DNA of 64,000 nucleotides from the human T2T-CHM13v2.0 reference genome, Homo sapiens: NCBI RefSeq assembly GCF_009914755.1, contig NC_060947.1. One strand, 5' to 3'. Made by a program: the position numbers and the translations under genes. Positions 1-15,627 of the stretch are shown in pieces; positions within the stretch are counted from its first letter, which is position 1, and each line of letters opens with the position of its first letter. Below the pieces are notes generated by a model. The model searched no databases and was not told the DNA's origin. It saw nothing but the letters and a program-made list of their open reading frames with translations.

Positions 1-104
1 GTAGGATATTAATAATATGCTCTTAAGAAATATAACATGAAGTATGTAGTTTCAAAAAGGCGTGATGCTTAAACTTACTTTCATATTGAATAGTAAACAC
101 TTTA

Positions 105-446
<342 letters not shown>

Positions 447-696
447 TTAGTAATTTATGACACTAGGAGAAAAACATGAGTTTGTTCTTTGTATTATTCC
501 TTCAACTTTTGCATGTTTCTAACCTTTTTCACAATAAAAAGTTAAAAGGAATAAATTTTCTATTATATTTTCCTTGATAAGAAGTCTATGCTTACTTATT
601 AAACTATTAATGGGAAATCTGTATTTTAAAATGTTTATTTATGCAAACATGAATACTATATAATGAAAACCAATAGTATAGTATATTTGTGTGTGC

Positions 697-743
<47 letters not shown>

Positions 744-760
744 TAGATAGATATAGACAG
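697..760. repeat. compound (GATA)n/(GACA)n microsatellite
   Basis: Directly visible tetranucleotide runs. Confidence 0.95.
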
Positions 761-764
761 ACAC

Positions 765-960
765 TGTATTGGTCCATTTGTGTAACTATAAGGAATACCT
801 GAGACAGGGTAATTTATAAAGAAAAGAGGCTTAATTAGCTCACAGTTCTGCAGGCTGTACGGGAAGCATGGTATTTGCATCTGCTCCTGGTGAGGGCCTT
901 AAGAACCTTACAATTATGAAAGAAGGCAAAAAGGGAGCCAGTGTATGGCATGACAAGAGA
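765..960 (-). mobile_element. MaLR LTR fragment (MST family)
   Basis: tgtattggtccatt...ataaggaatacctgagac...ctcacagttctgcaggctgtac matches the recalled MST LTR terminus. Confidence 0.8.
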
Positions 961-1289
961 CATCTGCTGTATATTGTATTTGTTTTCCCTTGGATCACAG
1001 ATTAGACTCTTCTCTAACAGTAATGATAAGAAATATGGCAACACTGCTCTCTAATGAAGAATTTCAGTTGTATTTAAACTATACCTTAAACACCATGCTC
1101 CATACAACTTAGGAAAATATAGTGTTGAGATACCAGCACACATGTACACTTTAATATAATTTTTCTAATATGAAAATAAGCAGATCATTTCAGTAATATA
1201 ATATTTAGTGATTTTTAATTTCCCTTGTTTTGGTAGTTGAGCATCTCCCACTGAAAGACTAGACCATCAAGAAGACTGGCACACTGAGA

Positions 1290-2810
1290 GCAGATCCTTG
1301 GAAGAAAGGCATTGGGAATGGATGGAGGGAGAATGTAGACCCTGGTCTGAAGAGGGTGGAAGCTGGAAATACAGCACAGGACTGCCAAGCATTAGGACTC
1401 ATTACTGGCCCTCAGCAGCTTTTGGGGAAAGGGTGGGTTAAATAGGTGAGGAGTGGACCACTGTTACCACAGGCCTCCGGAATCCTAGCACAGGAGATTC
1501 CATGACCACTAAAGACATTTGAGCCAACAGGGAGAGCTTCTTAGAGAGGTGGCAGGGACACAACTCTAGCATGTGCAGAGCCCAGAGGGTTTGGCACAGG
1601 AATGGCAGCAGTGGATCACCGCCAGGATGCCCATCCCCCAAGGCTCGCCACACTCCTCTAAGTGGCTTTGGCCTTTGTTGACTGTCGGACCTGAACAAAG
1701 CAGGTCAGTCTTGCCTGTGGGACAGGGCCAGTCTGATCTGAGCACCACCTGTCTGCCAGTATTTTCCAGGGTCTCTGCCTGGCCATGCCCCATTGCAGCG
1801 CAGACTCAGATGACCAACTGGAGTTCTTCCTGGCAGTCCCGGCCATAGCTCCTTCACTGGAAGACCCTGTCTAACCATTAGAGAGCTTCAGCAGATGGGT
1901 CCCCAATGAATTGCACCCACCTGCAGCCTCTTTCTACCGCTTTGCCAGCACACATGCATGCATGGAACTCACCACCTCTACCCCGCCCCTGCTGGTGCAC
2001 ATGGTCCCTGTTGCCCCATCACTGCTGGCGTGTGCTCATGAATGCAGACCTATTTGCTGGTATTCAGATGAAGCACTTTGCTGGCACCTCCCCCATCAGA
2101 ATGTTGTCACTAGTGGGAAGGGAACACCTTGTTCCCTCCAGCGTAGCAGGTGCTTAACTAAAGTGGCCAGAGAGCAAAGCTATGGGCCTGGTTACAGCCA
2201 CTCAGGGTTAAAACATGCAGCTCAGGAGTGCTGAACTGAATCTTTGTCAACTGAAGTAATCCAGAAATGAAGCCAGTTGACTGAATCCAACTTATACCAC
2301 AGTCAAATTCTCAAGGCAACAAAGACTATAAAAGCAAAAAACTTATCCAAAGTACAACAACATCAAAGATTAAAAGAATATCAGCCCAGACAGATAAGAC
2401 AAAACCAGCTCAAGAACTCTGGCAACTCAGAAAGCCACAGCATCTTCTGACCTCCTAATGACTACTCTAGCTCTTCAGCAATGGCTCTTATCCAGGCTAA
2501 AATGGCTAAAATGACAGACATAGAATTCAGAATATGAACAGTATTAAAGATCATTCAGATTCAGGAGAAAGTGAAAACCCACTCCAAGGAATCTAAGAAA
2601 TTCAATAAAAAGATAAAATAGCTGAAAGACAAAACAGCCATTTTAAAAAAGAACCAAACTAATCGGCTAAAGTTGAAAAATTCACTACAAGAATTTCATA
2701 AAACAATCAGAAGTAATAACAGCAGAATAGATCAAGTTGAGCAAAGAATCTCAGGGCTTGAAAACTGGTGTGTTGGATCAACTCAGTCAGACAAAAATAA
2801 GAAATAAGAA
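1290..2810 (+). mobile_element. old primate L1 5'UTR and start of ORF1 (L1PA15/16-PREC2-like), degraded
   Basis: GC-richer 5'UTR-like segment followed by ORF1-like sequence (aaatgacagacatagaattcagaata...aacagcagaatagatcaagttgagcaaagaatctcag). Confidence 0.75.
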
Positions 2811-2824
2811 ATAATTTCTTTTTT

Positions 2825-3841
2825 TCCCCTTAAGGATTTCACTTTAATGCTTATAGTTATAGCCTAATTTGGTTCATGGCACTTTCAAGGGTGAAGGCTG
2901 TAAGAGTTGCTTAGTTATAGAGAGTCTTTGTATGATGGCTTTTCCGTATGCTGGTTGTAGAAGCAATGTGTTTGGTGTGTGAGCAAGTTCACTGTCTCCT
3001 ATGGAGTTGAAATGGTAGAGGTCTCTTGAAGCTTATCTCATTCCCTCATGGCATGCACTTTTTCATTTATTTATTTTTCCTGAGTATTTTATTTACTTGA
3101 TTGATGGTTCAGGTTTCAGTCCAGTAGGGATGTATACCTGGGTAAGAACCAGATGTGGCTAAAGCAAGTGGGTAAACACAATACCCAATGGTGGGCAGAG
3201 GTCCCAGCCTTGACGGAGGTGGCTGGAGGAGCTCTTAGTGAGTCACACTGAGGGCTTATCAAGGGGAAGTGTTGGAGCCACCTAAGCTCCCCTGCCAGGT
3301 CAGCAGGAAAGCTATTCACCTCTCAGACACATTGCCATCCCAGTGGTCTGGCTATTCAGGTCAGACAAGCACCTCTTTTCATCTGTAGGAAAGTTGATGT
3401 TCCAAGCAGAGGGAAATTGTGACTCTGTCTCTTGTGCAAGCCTGAACCTGGAGGGTGCTCCTACTGAGGGGATGCAGTTACCCAGAAGATCTCCAGAAGG
3501 GCTGTTAATAGCTGTACCTATGCTGAGCTCCTGTGGAAGAAGCACTGGGTAGTGTTAAGGCCTTCCTGGGTGGCCTGGACTTTCAAGCTCCATGGTATGG
3601 GTGCATAGCCCAGAGGCATTCTCTCCCACCTCACACTCTGGGGATTCTTAGCCCTTTGCTTGACTCAGTGTAGGCGGCCGCCTGCTGCTTCCTTGAAAGG
3701 GCCTGTGGATTCCTTCAGTATTCCTATTCAGTTCCTGCATTACGTCTTGAAAAAAAGTTCACAGTGTGAATCTCTACACACTATTTTGTCCTTTCCAGTA
3801 GGAGAGGTATGCTAGCAATGCCTCTAATACACCATCTTGGA
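2825..3841 (-). mobile_element. old primate L1 5' end (L1P4/L1PB-like), antisense
   Basis: Ends in ...gcctctaatacaccatcttgg, the reverse complement of the L1 5' terminal CCAAGATGG motif. Confidence 0.7.
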
Positions 3842-5615
3842 AAAAAATAAATAAATTTTTCATGCAAGATATATTTCTGTATTATTTCATATCACCAGAT
3901 ACACAGAAAAAGCCTAAAAGTCTCCTGAGAAGAAAGAAACAAAATCTCTTCAAAGCAAATGGTACTTCAGAATTCTCATCAGTAAATACTAGATGTTGGG
4001 AAAAGATAGACCAATGCTTTCAAAGTCCTGAGGAAAATAAATTTGAATGAGAATTCTATAACGCACCAGTTAGGTATGAGGGCATAATAAAGGTTCTGAG
4101 AATATGCAAGAATTTAAAAAGCTGATCACACATGAATATTTTAAATAATTTTTCTGAGAATATAATTAAGTGACAGTGAAAGTGAAGGAAGATATCAGGG
4201 GGACTCTCTAAAAATGAGGAAACTAACAGAGGAAGACAATAAAAGATACCTAATTGTAACCAATAAAAGCAAAGATGAAAGTGATTCTACAAAAATCAAA
4301 CATTGCTGTTGGTTTGAGTAATGTGCAAACCAAAAATTGATAATCAGATGTAGCAATATGAAAGTAAATGCTGGCCTTTATAAAAGCAGCTTCTATGGAA
4401 TCTTAAGAACGAAAGTCTAAAAGGAATTTAAGACAAATTGGAAGCAAAGACATTGGAGACAAGAGGTTCATTCTTTAAAGAAGTTTTACATTAAAGACAA
4501 TAGAGAAATTGAACTGTAGTTGGAGGAGAAAGTTCTCCTTAGCACTTTGTACTTTCCAAACTACAATGTCTTACTTATAGTGTTTATTCTGTGCACACTG
4601 ACTAAAACTTGTAGAGTACAGAACTTTTTTGTGTCATTCACTGACACATCCTTAGTGTAGGACCTGATATATAGTCAGTGGTAACTAAGTGTTTATATAA
4701 TGGATGAACAAAAACAATGCAACTATCAAAATTAAGGAGGAAGAAAGGGTGTATGTGGTGTCTCTTAACTAAATAATCATATTTCATAGTTAGAAGTCAG
4801 AAAATAATATCTATAGTAGGTAAATCAATAAATACCAATAAATAAGTTATTACATATTGAAAATTTGGAAGTTTTCAAAGTAATGGTCCGTGAGGGATCG
4901 GAGAGGGAGGTGTAAGGCAGGGATTATTGTTTTCCTTTACAGTATAATTTGTAATGTTTACAACTTTACCATGTTTATTTTAATTAGAGGCACACATATA
5001 ATATCCTATATATTGGGCCCTGAGATGGGTGCTAGGGAAACATAAATAAAGAGACGGTGTTTGACTTTCTTCAGATTTCATTCATTGCAGCAAAAGAGAA
5101 AATAAAATAATGTGGTACATTTGTTAAGAGTTATACTTCCTTCTGAAAGAGCAGTTCTCAAAAAGCAGTTCCAAGAGTAATTAGAGAACTGCAGATATCA
5201 CTGGAAAAAGTACAGAGGTTTCAAAGGTGATTCCAGAAAGAAAATCATTTGGATTTGAAGGGAGATCAGATCTCCCTGTTATAGATATAGAGAAGGCAGT
5301 AATAGGACTCCTTAAAATGGCCACCATAAAGCACCTATGAACCTACCACATTCTTGCCTTTATTATCCCAGATCAGGGAGGCCTGAAATCAAAGAGAACA
5401 CTTCTAATTTTAAAATTTTTCTTTTTTTCTCATTGAAATGTAAGTGCCTATAGAGAAGTAAATGAATAGGGTGAGGGGTAAGCAACTGAGTTTTTATTGG
5501 AGGAAGAAGGAAAGACTGATGTAGTTCTAAAATTGGCCTGCGCAGGCCCATGATAAATTTTTCACTGGTCTGCTGTGAAATCAGAGAGAAAACAAGAGAC
5601 TATGTGTTATATATA

Positions 5616-5907
5616 TTTTTTTTTGTTTGAGACAAGAGTCTCACTCTGTCGCCCAAGCTGGAGTGCAGTGGCACGATCTCGGCTCACTGCAGCCTCCGCC
5701 TCCTGGGTTCAAGTGATTCCTGCCTCAGCCTCCTGAGTAGCTGGGATTACAGGCGTGAACCACCACACCCGGCTAATTTTTGTATTTTTAGTAGAGATGG
5801 GGTTTCACCATGTTGGCCAGGATGGTCTCAATCTCCTGACCTCATGATCTGCCCACCTCAGCCTCCCAAAGTGCTAGGATTACAGGTGTGAGCCACCGCA
5901 CCCAGCC
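5616..5907 (-). mobile_element. Alu (AluS)
   Basis: Poly(T) followed by reverse-complement Alu; TSD-like tatgtgttatat / tatgtattatat. Confidence 0.95.
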
Positions 5908-7404
5908 TATGTATTATATTTTTAATTTAACCAAATGTAATTCAAAGCATGAGTCCTCATTCTAAAATTATGCCATTATTTTCCGTGGTTAAAATTACAT
6001 TTTATTTTAAAAATGAGGTTGATACTAGGTGGTAGGTAGGCTCACTTTGTTTTGTGTATTTACACATTCATGTGTGTACAATTGTCCATTCATAATAAAA
6101 AAATAGGTTGGCAATTCTAAATCAAGCGCCCAATTTGGCTGGCTTGAATTCAAATGGTGGCAGCTGAGATGTAAAGAAGTAGATAAATTTCAGATATGGA
6201 AATTTGAGTGGATGTGTATGGTCAGGACGAGGGTTATATTTACAATATTTAATCATTGGTCCATGAGCACTGCCAATCACAATAGATACTACCAATAAAC
6301 AACAGTGGTGGTATGAATGTAGGCTACCAGAATACAAGACCTGGCTAGTGACTTTTGTGGATAATTGTACCTCTCAGGGAGATTGGGAATAGTGGGAGAG
6401 AAGCAATTTGCAGGAAACAGGTAAACACTTACAGGAAAATCACTATTTTAAAAGCAGGTTAAAGAGACAATTTATAGATATAACCAATTTTCCTTTATTC
6501 ATTCTGCTATGAAAATTCTAATCAAGAAATATATTGTAAGGCTAAATAAACTATATTCCATAATATTCTTATTTTTAAAATGAGAATCTTTTTTGAAAAT
6601 TTCTTCTTGCTTAATATCCACTTCAATTAATTAAACTGAGAGACAGAATTTTTTTCTAAAAAAGAACCTAATTATTTTTATACTAAAAGTATATCTGTTA
6701 TTGTTATGAAATTGAAGAAAGCTATATGAAACTCTAATAACCACTGAGAGTTTAACAATGACTTTAGAGGTCATTGGAAAAGTCACTTCTAATTGAAAAT
6801 CACAGGATTAAAAAAATACACAATAGGACTCAAAGGAAAGTTAAAGTAACTTTCCAAAATGTTTTCATTTAAAAAATAAATGTTCCAATATTATATCACT
6901 CACAGTTCTGTGAGTTACTTTCCTTTTTAAATATTTGGTATTCTGAAAAATTCTTGTCTATATTCAGATAAGTTTGTTATTCTTCAAGTAATCACTTAGG
7001 TACCCTATAAATATTAGATAAACAAAAATACGAATCAAATGTACTTTAACATTATGTTATTTCCTCCTTCTAATGAAAAACCAAAACCAGAAAACGTAAA
7101 ACTCACAGTCAGAAAGCATGGAAAACAGTGATTGCACAGTCTATACGGACTGCTATTTCCTTATTTGGATGCAACATCTACCTTTCAGGGATATGATGTT
7201 AAACTGTACAGATCTTTACAAAATATTAATTTTTATTATTATCTCTCAAAATAATTGAAAGATTTTTTACTTGCTTTACTGACATTAATAGTAAAGTCTC
7301 AAAGAATCATTGTTCCCCACTCTAATTATCCAGAAACTTGTGCAGCTCTCAAGAAATTAGTTACAGATTCAAACTGGAGCAACTTAGAAAAATTGCTTTG
7401 ATGT

Positions 7405-7718
7405 GGCCAGGCGCAGTGGCTCACGCCTGTAATGCCAGCACTTTGGGAGGCCAAGGCGGGCGGATCACGAGGTCAGCAGTTCAAGACCAACCTGGCCCAT
7501 ATGGTGAAACCCCATCTCTACTAAAAATGTAAAAATTAGCCGGGCATGGTGGCACTTGCCTGTAGCCCCAGCTACTCAGGAGGCTGAGGGAGGAGAATCG
7601 CTTGAACCCAGGAGGGGAGACGGAGGTAGCAGTGAGCTGAGATTGTGCCACTGCACTCCAGCCATCCAGCTAGGGCAACAGAGCGAGATTCCATCTAAAA
7701 AAAAAAAGAAAAAAGAAA
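7405..7718 (+). mobile_element. Alu (AluSg-like)
   Basis: Alu consensus match; TSD agaaaaattgctttgatgt on both sides. Confidence 0.95.
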
Positions 7719-7871
7719 AATTGCTTTGATGTTTTGCATTAGAGTATTGGTAGAGAAAGTAGACCCGTAAGCTGTGACTCCTCAGAAAACATAACAGAAA
7801 CACACATTAAGGGACTGTCTTGTCTTTTCTAATTGCTCATAAAGATTGTTTGTTCTAAGAGTGTGCCATTC

Positions 7872-8475
<604 letters not shown>

Positions 8476-8934
8476 CTACAGGGCAAAAAGAAAAAAAAAA
8501 TGGGGTCCTGTACTTTTCTTCAAGCTGTGTGCTATACAGCAAACTTCAGGCCCAGTTGGGTGTTTACACTAACACTCTTAAAGTGTTCACATACATATAT
8601 GAAGCATAAGTAAATATATCTGTATGAATTATGTTAATGCCTGGAGACATTTTTTGTAAAAGTGGCTTCTTCAGATTTATATATATTTTAATTCTGATGA
8701 TAATAATCATAAGAATTCACCATTTATCTTCTAATATCCCTTTTTTAGAGCTAGAAAAAAAATAAGAGGGTTGCTTTCAATTTATGTGTCAAAGAAAGTT
8801 TTGGCTACTAATAATTCAAGGTAGTCATAAAAAACATAGGACAAAGAAAGAATTCTGGAATAAGGAAATCCAAAAGAAAATGCATGTTTCAGGTATTAAA
8901 TTAATGCTGGTTATTCTCCTTCACTCACCCATGG

Positions 8935-9790
<856 letters not shown>

Positions 9791-10734
9791 TCTTGGTTAT
9801 CTATAATGGGTAAACCAGATAGAATAAAATTGGTGGAGTGCAATCTGAAAAGTCTGTCTCTCCCACTACTACTGTCCAAAGCCTTGAAGAAGATGCCTTT
9901 CTCCAACAACTTTTGTTATCTCAGGATGGTTCTCAGTGCCAGAAGAGTCTCCTTTAGAGGTATTGCAGAAATCCAAAATCAACACTTTCTTCTGACATGC
10001 AACTGAAGCTTCTCCTGATCCTCCCTTTCTGGCACCCCATTCTCACTCTCAAGCTTGTCTGGGAATTTTGCAGACTGCTCCTGGGGAAGGAGGTAAATAC
10101 GGCCTGATCTTTTCAATCCCCTGCTTCAACTTCCTCTCCTGTGATCATGGTGCTGATGTGGCTCCTTCAGGTTGCAGGACGAAATGGGATGATAGGTAAA
10201 AGACAAATACCTATGTACTTAATTGGTGCTACTTGATCTACTCCAGGTGACATGATGGGTTCCTTTTGTCTTCTCCTATCGTGAGTTACCCGATGTAGAC
10301 TCTCCTGGAGTCATCTCACCCTAGCAGAACATATCTTAGGCTGGGTCCTTCCAAATAAGCCCAAACCTAACCTTCTTTCATTAAGTCGAATTCACTTTGG
10401 CCCAGTACATCTTGTCACGTGCTGATGGAAGTGGCATCTTGCTCTCAGTTTAACCATCTTCCCTCCCTCTGCGGTCCATTCTGTTGGCAGGAACTCACCA
10501 AGAGCCAGGGGCATTAAACTGTCAGCTTCTTCTCCTTAAAGAAGACAGCTCCACTGTCTTGGTGTTCTGGCCATCACAGATATGTGTTGGCAGTGGATGA
10601 TGGGCTAAAGACTTCTCTCCGCCCTTCATGTGCCAGAAACATCATCTCTCCGTTTTGTAAATTTTAATGGAGAGATGATGTTTCTGGCACATCAAGGAGG
10701 GGAGAAATCTTTGATGATGTTTCTGGCACACAGC

Positions 10735-11115
10735 ATGAAGATGTCACTTGGCAGCAGCTTGTCCAGCTAGATATATCATTTCTCAGACCCTCTTTCACCT
10801 GGGCATAACTGTATCACTAGTTCTCTCCAGTTGTATGTGAGTGAAAGTGATGTGTCACCTCCATGAAAAGGCCATTAAAAACTAGTGGAAATTCTCTTCT
10901 GTTTTCTCTTTCTCCAGCTATACACAGGAATCTCTGAGTCTCAAAAGGATGAAGGAGTCACAAGATGGAACGAGCCTGGCTCCCTGAATCACAACATGGA
11001 GGATGCCACCCACCAACCAGGAACACATTCACTAGATGGTTACAATTGTTAAAAAAATCTTTTACTGTGTTAAGCCATTGCAAATTTAGGGTTTATTTGC
11101 TGTATCAGCGTGATA
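10735..11115 (+). mobile_element. MLT1 (J-like) MaLR LTR, degraded
   Basis: gtgagtgaaagtgatgtgtcac...cacaagatggaacgagcctggctccctgaatcac...ttttactgtgttaagcca. Confidence 0.6.
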
Positions 11116-11224
11116 TACCCTAAAATACATATTTAGCAATTTCTATTAGTACCCAACTGCCTTTCCTAACATAGCGATGAGATTATCTATGGTTCTCAGG
11201 TTTGTGACTTTATTTGAAAATCCA

Positions 11225-11525
11225 GCTGGAAACCATCATTCTCAGCAAACTATCGCAAGGACAAAAAACCAAACACCGCGTGTTCTCACTCATAGGTGGG
11301 AACTGAACAATGAGAACACATGGACACAGGAAGGGGAATATCACACACGGGGGCCTGTTGTGGGGTGGGGGGAGGGGGGAGGGATAGCATTAGGAGATAT
11401 ACCTGATGTTAAATGACGAGTTAATGGGTGCAGTACACCAACATGGCACATGTATACATATGTAACAAACCTGCACGTTGTGCACATGTACCCTAAAACT
11501 TAATGTGTAATAATAATAATAATAA
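11225..11525 (+). mobile_element. young L1PA (approx. L1PA3/4) 3' end, heavily 5'-truncated
   Basis: Near-consensus L1 3'UTR with G-rich tract and (AAT)n tail; TSD aaaatcca on both sides. Confidence 0.92.
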
Positions 11526-12846
11526 AAATCCAAGATAAAAAAAAACTTTCCATGAAATACCTCATTTCAATCATTTGTTTTCTCTGTAACTCTGCTATAA
11601 TGTTAGCTTTGTGAAAATAGAGCCTTATTTGTATTGTTAATCACTGTTCCCTCAGCATTTGGAAAAGTGCCAGGAATATCAGAGACATTCAATAAATATT
11701 TGTTAAAAAATAAAATGTGCATTTTATAAGAGGCGTTAGTGTTTGTATATAAATCTAACTATAACTATATATCTATATATATAACTATATATCTAAATAT
11801 AACTATATATCTAAATATAACTGATATTCTGGATAACACCAACTTTTAACTAAATAATAAAAAAAATGTGGAAATCTGACTCAGGAGGAGTTTCAAAATC
11901 TCCAGTTAAAGCAGGCTTCTTTCTTGCTAAAGTTATTCAGTGAAGACAGCAGCTTCAGATAGGAGAAAGACAGTAGATTAACTTTGTTACTTGGTTTCCA
12001 ATTTGCATCTGCTCCTAATGGGAATAACTTCACTCACTAAATATTTGAGCTGAACTTCATCACTTCCTGCTCTCACTGGGTCAGAGTAAATAAAGATTAT
12101 GTTTTTACCCATAAAGAGCTTGATTGAGTCAATGAGTCAATAATAATTTGATATAATCTAGTGGGAAATACATTTCACTACATCCTCTCTCAGAAGATAA
12201 TCATCAGTTCATTATAAAAGAATCATTTCTGAGGTCCAAAACCAACAATAATATTACTTCAAGTACGATATATAATTGTGGAAATTGCTGATTTTATTTT
12301 TTTTCCATTTGAAAATATTAACAAGTCAATAAACAAATGGTACCAAAGGGAATTTTGAAAAGTACAATCCCCTTTAGAGTAAGTGATAACCATAATCTGT
12401 CTCAATAATTTTCCTCATTGAAAAGTCAGTGCCAGTAGTTCATAACTGAGGAACCAGGTAAGCAGCTGTAATTAGAAATGCCATTGTCATTCCTCTGCTA
12501 CTGCCAGTAGCACAATACCATATCTACAGAAGCCATGCCTTATATCTAACCCCCATCTGCAATCTTCCACCGTTTGATCTGAAATATACAGAATGCAAAA
12601 GGTGCAATCTAGGTGAGTTGCTCATGCTGGGTTGGAAGAGATGTGGATTGAGGATGCATTAATAGGCACCTAGGAATTGTGGAAAAGCCAGAAATCACTG
12701 GAAGAGCCTATGGACTTATTCAGTATTCAGACATATTACATATCCTAGAGGCGAAAAAGAAAATTGTGAAAAGCTGTGAGAAATAGAAATATATCAAATT
12801 GCAGAGGCAGATCCCTAGGAAGTACTCTTCTGTTTAACTGCTTAAG

Positions 12847-12848
<2 letters not shown>

Positions 12849-12878
<30 letters not shown>
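12849..12878. repeat. (TG)n microsatellite
   Basis: Visible dinucleotide run. Confidence 0.95.
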
Positions 12879-12880
<2 letters not shown>

Positions 12881-13459
12881 GATCCACATACAGTTATCTG
12901 TGTGTGCATTATTGAAATACTCATTTTGACTCTTAATTATCATTTAGGTAAGTTATTTTGAATATTATTTGTCATAAGTACAGAGAACTTTTTTGTCATA
13001 AGTACAGTGTTCAGATACAGTATACATGATTTAAGGAACCAGCATGCGGTAATTCTTGATACAATGAGGGGGCACTTGCCTTTTTTTTGCATGACAGGTG
13101 TTTGGACTTGTATGAATGAATGTAATTTCACATTCAGTCAATTCCTCCTCAGCTGCATTTATGGAAGAAGGCAGAGGAAAGAACAGTTTGTAATTTAAAA
13201 AGTATCTAAAAATTGTTCATTTTTTGCTTTGGCATGTTTTCTGAGCTTGTATTAGAATAATGGTGTTTCAGATATTTGCAATGTTGATTGCAACTACATA
13301 TAATACTCCTGAATTGGAAGTCTATATAAAATATTGGAAGTCTATATAAAAAAGAATTGGGAAACTTGGGATTTTTCTACTCTACACTTTCCTTTCCATT
13401 CCCTGAACACTTTTTTTTCTTTCACTCAGGGATATAGAGAGATTTCAAAATGGTCATAA

Positions 13460-13792
<333 letters not shown>

Positions 13793-13861
13793 CAGGAGTG
13801 TGAGTTTTAACAAACATCCTCCATTGTGTAAATTGGAACATGCCCATAAAGCCACACATAA

Positions 13862-13863
<2 letters not shown>

Positions 13864-13901
<38 letters not shown>
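13864..13901. repeat. (CA)n microsatellite
   Basis: Visible dinucleotide run. Confidence 0.95.
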
Positions 13902-13907
<6 letters not shown>

Positions 13908-13923
13908 GTACATATACACAGAG

Positions 13924-14307
13924 TGACGTAGTTCGGCTCTCTGTCCTCACCCAAATCTCATGTGGAATTGTAATTCCCAATGTTGGGGAAGGGACCTGGT
14001 GGGAGGTGATTGTATCATGGGGACAGATTTCTCTTTAGCTTTTCTCATGATAGTGAATGAGTTCTCATGAGATCTGGTTGTTTAAAAGTATGTAGCACTT
14101 CCCCCTTCTCTCTTTGTCCTGCTGCCCCCACGTGAAGACGTGCTTGCCCCCACTCCGCCCTTCTGCCATAATTGCAAGTTTCCTGAGGCCTTCCCAGTCT
14201 TGTCTCCTGTACAGCTTGTGGAACTGTAAATCAATTAAACCTCTTTTCTCCATAAATTACCCAGTTTCGGGTTTGTCTTTACAGCAGTGTAAGAACAGTA
14301 TAATACA
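13924..14307 (+). mobile_element. solo MSTA-type MaLR LTR
   Basis: TG...CA termini, cccaaatctcatg...aactgtaaatcaattaaacctctt; 5 bp TSD-like cagag/caggg. Confidence 0.85.
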
Positions 14308-15346
14308 CAGGGGAACAACAACACTATCACAAATTTCAAATTGCAGCCAAAGCTTTCTAACCCAATGCACACTGGGCAGGATTGCTACAGCCTGAATGAA
14401 ACAAAAAAAAGTTCATCTTTTGTCACTCAACATAATCTTATCAAAAATATATTATAAGTTTTGTTTTGTATTAATTCTAATGCTATGAGATAAATCACAG
14501 TTTGGAAGGATACTTGCCTAGCCATTTATTTTAGTCAATAAAGAAGAAATTAAAAGTTTCCTTAGCAAGGAGTAGTGAAAATGAGAAGACATACACCTTC
14601 TTCAAGACTTAAACTTCCTTCTGAAGACAAGGCACATCTCAGCTCCTTCACTGACTTTTCCATCGGCATTTGGGAAGCTTTGGGGATGCTCTCCTGAGCC
14701 TCAGGAAATTCAGTGGAGACAACAGGAAATTCAATGGAGAGAGCTCCCGATTTTCTCTATTAGAAGAAAAGATTGAATAACTACACCATGAGAAATGCAG
14801 TGTGGCATTTGAGCTTCAGGAATATGTAGGATCAGAGAACCAAAGTCCAACAGGACAATGTTTCACACATTTATGCAAGTATATCTGTTCCCTATTTCTG
14901 TCTTTTTAGTGCCCTTCCCTGCTTAATTATTTTCAACTTTATTATTTCTAAAGTCAGCTCAGTTTCCTCCATAGGGTAGAAAGCATGGTAGTCAACAGCT
15001 CTAACATCTTACACTCATCAGCAAAGAGAAACAAATTTTCTTTCTTAGTGCTCAGTACTGAACGTATCAGGAAAGCATGCTTATTGGCTTAAATTTGGTC
15101 TCACATCCACCACTGAAACAATTAATAAAGGAGAGAGGGATGAGGACATGTAAAGCAAAAAAAGAAAAAAAAAAGAAAAGAAAAAGTGATAGCAGAATGA
15201 GAAAGACAAGTTGTGCTAACAAAACAAAAGTTATCTGCTATACAAAAAGAATTAGATATATTTCAGAAATTAAGATCTGAGTATAATGCTGTGAAGTAGA
15301 ATTGCAGGTAACCTACTAATTAAACACTGTCAAGAGTTGACAGCAT

Positions 15347-15627
<281 letters not shown>

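Noticed and set aside
1438-2234. GC-richer segment with overlapping ORFs as a promoter or gene
   Set aside because: Lies within an old L1 5'UTR and is CpG-depleted.
12968-13352. Small direct repeats (ttgtcataagtacag x2; attggaagtctatataaaaa x2)
   Set aside because: Common micro-duplications with no sign of function.
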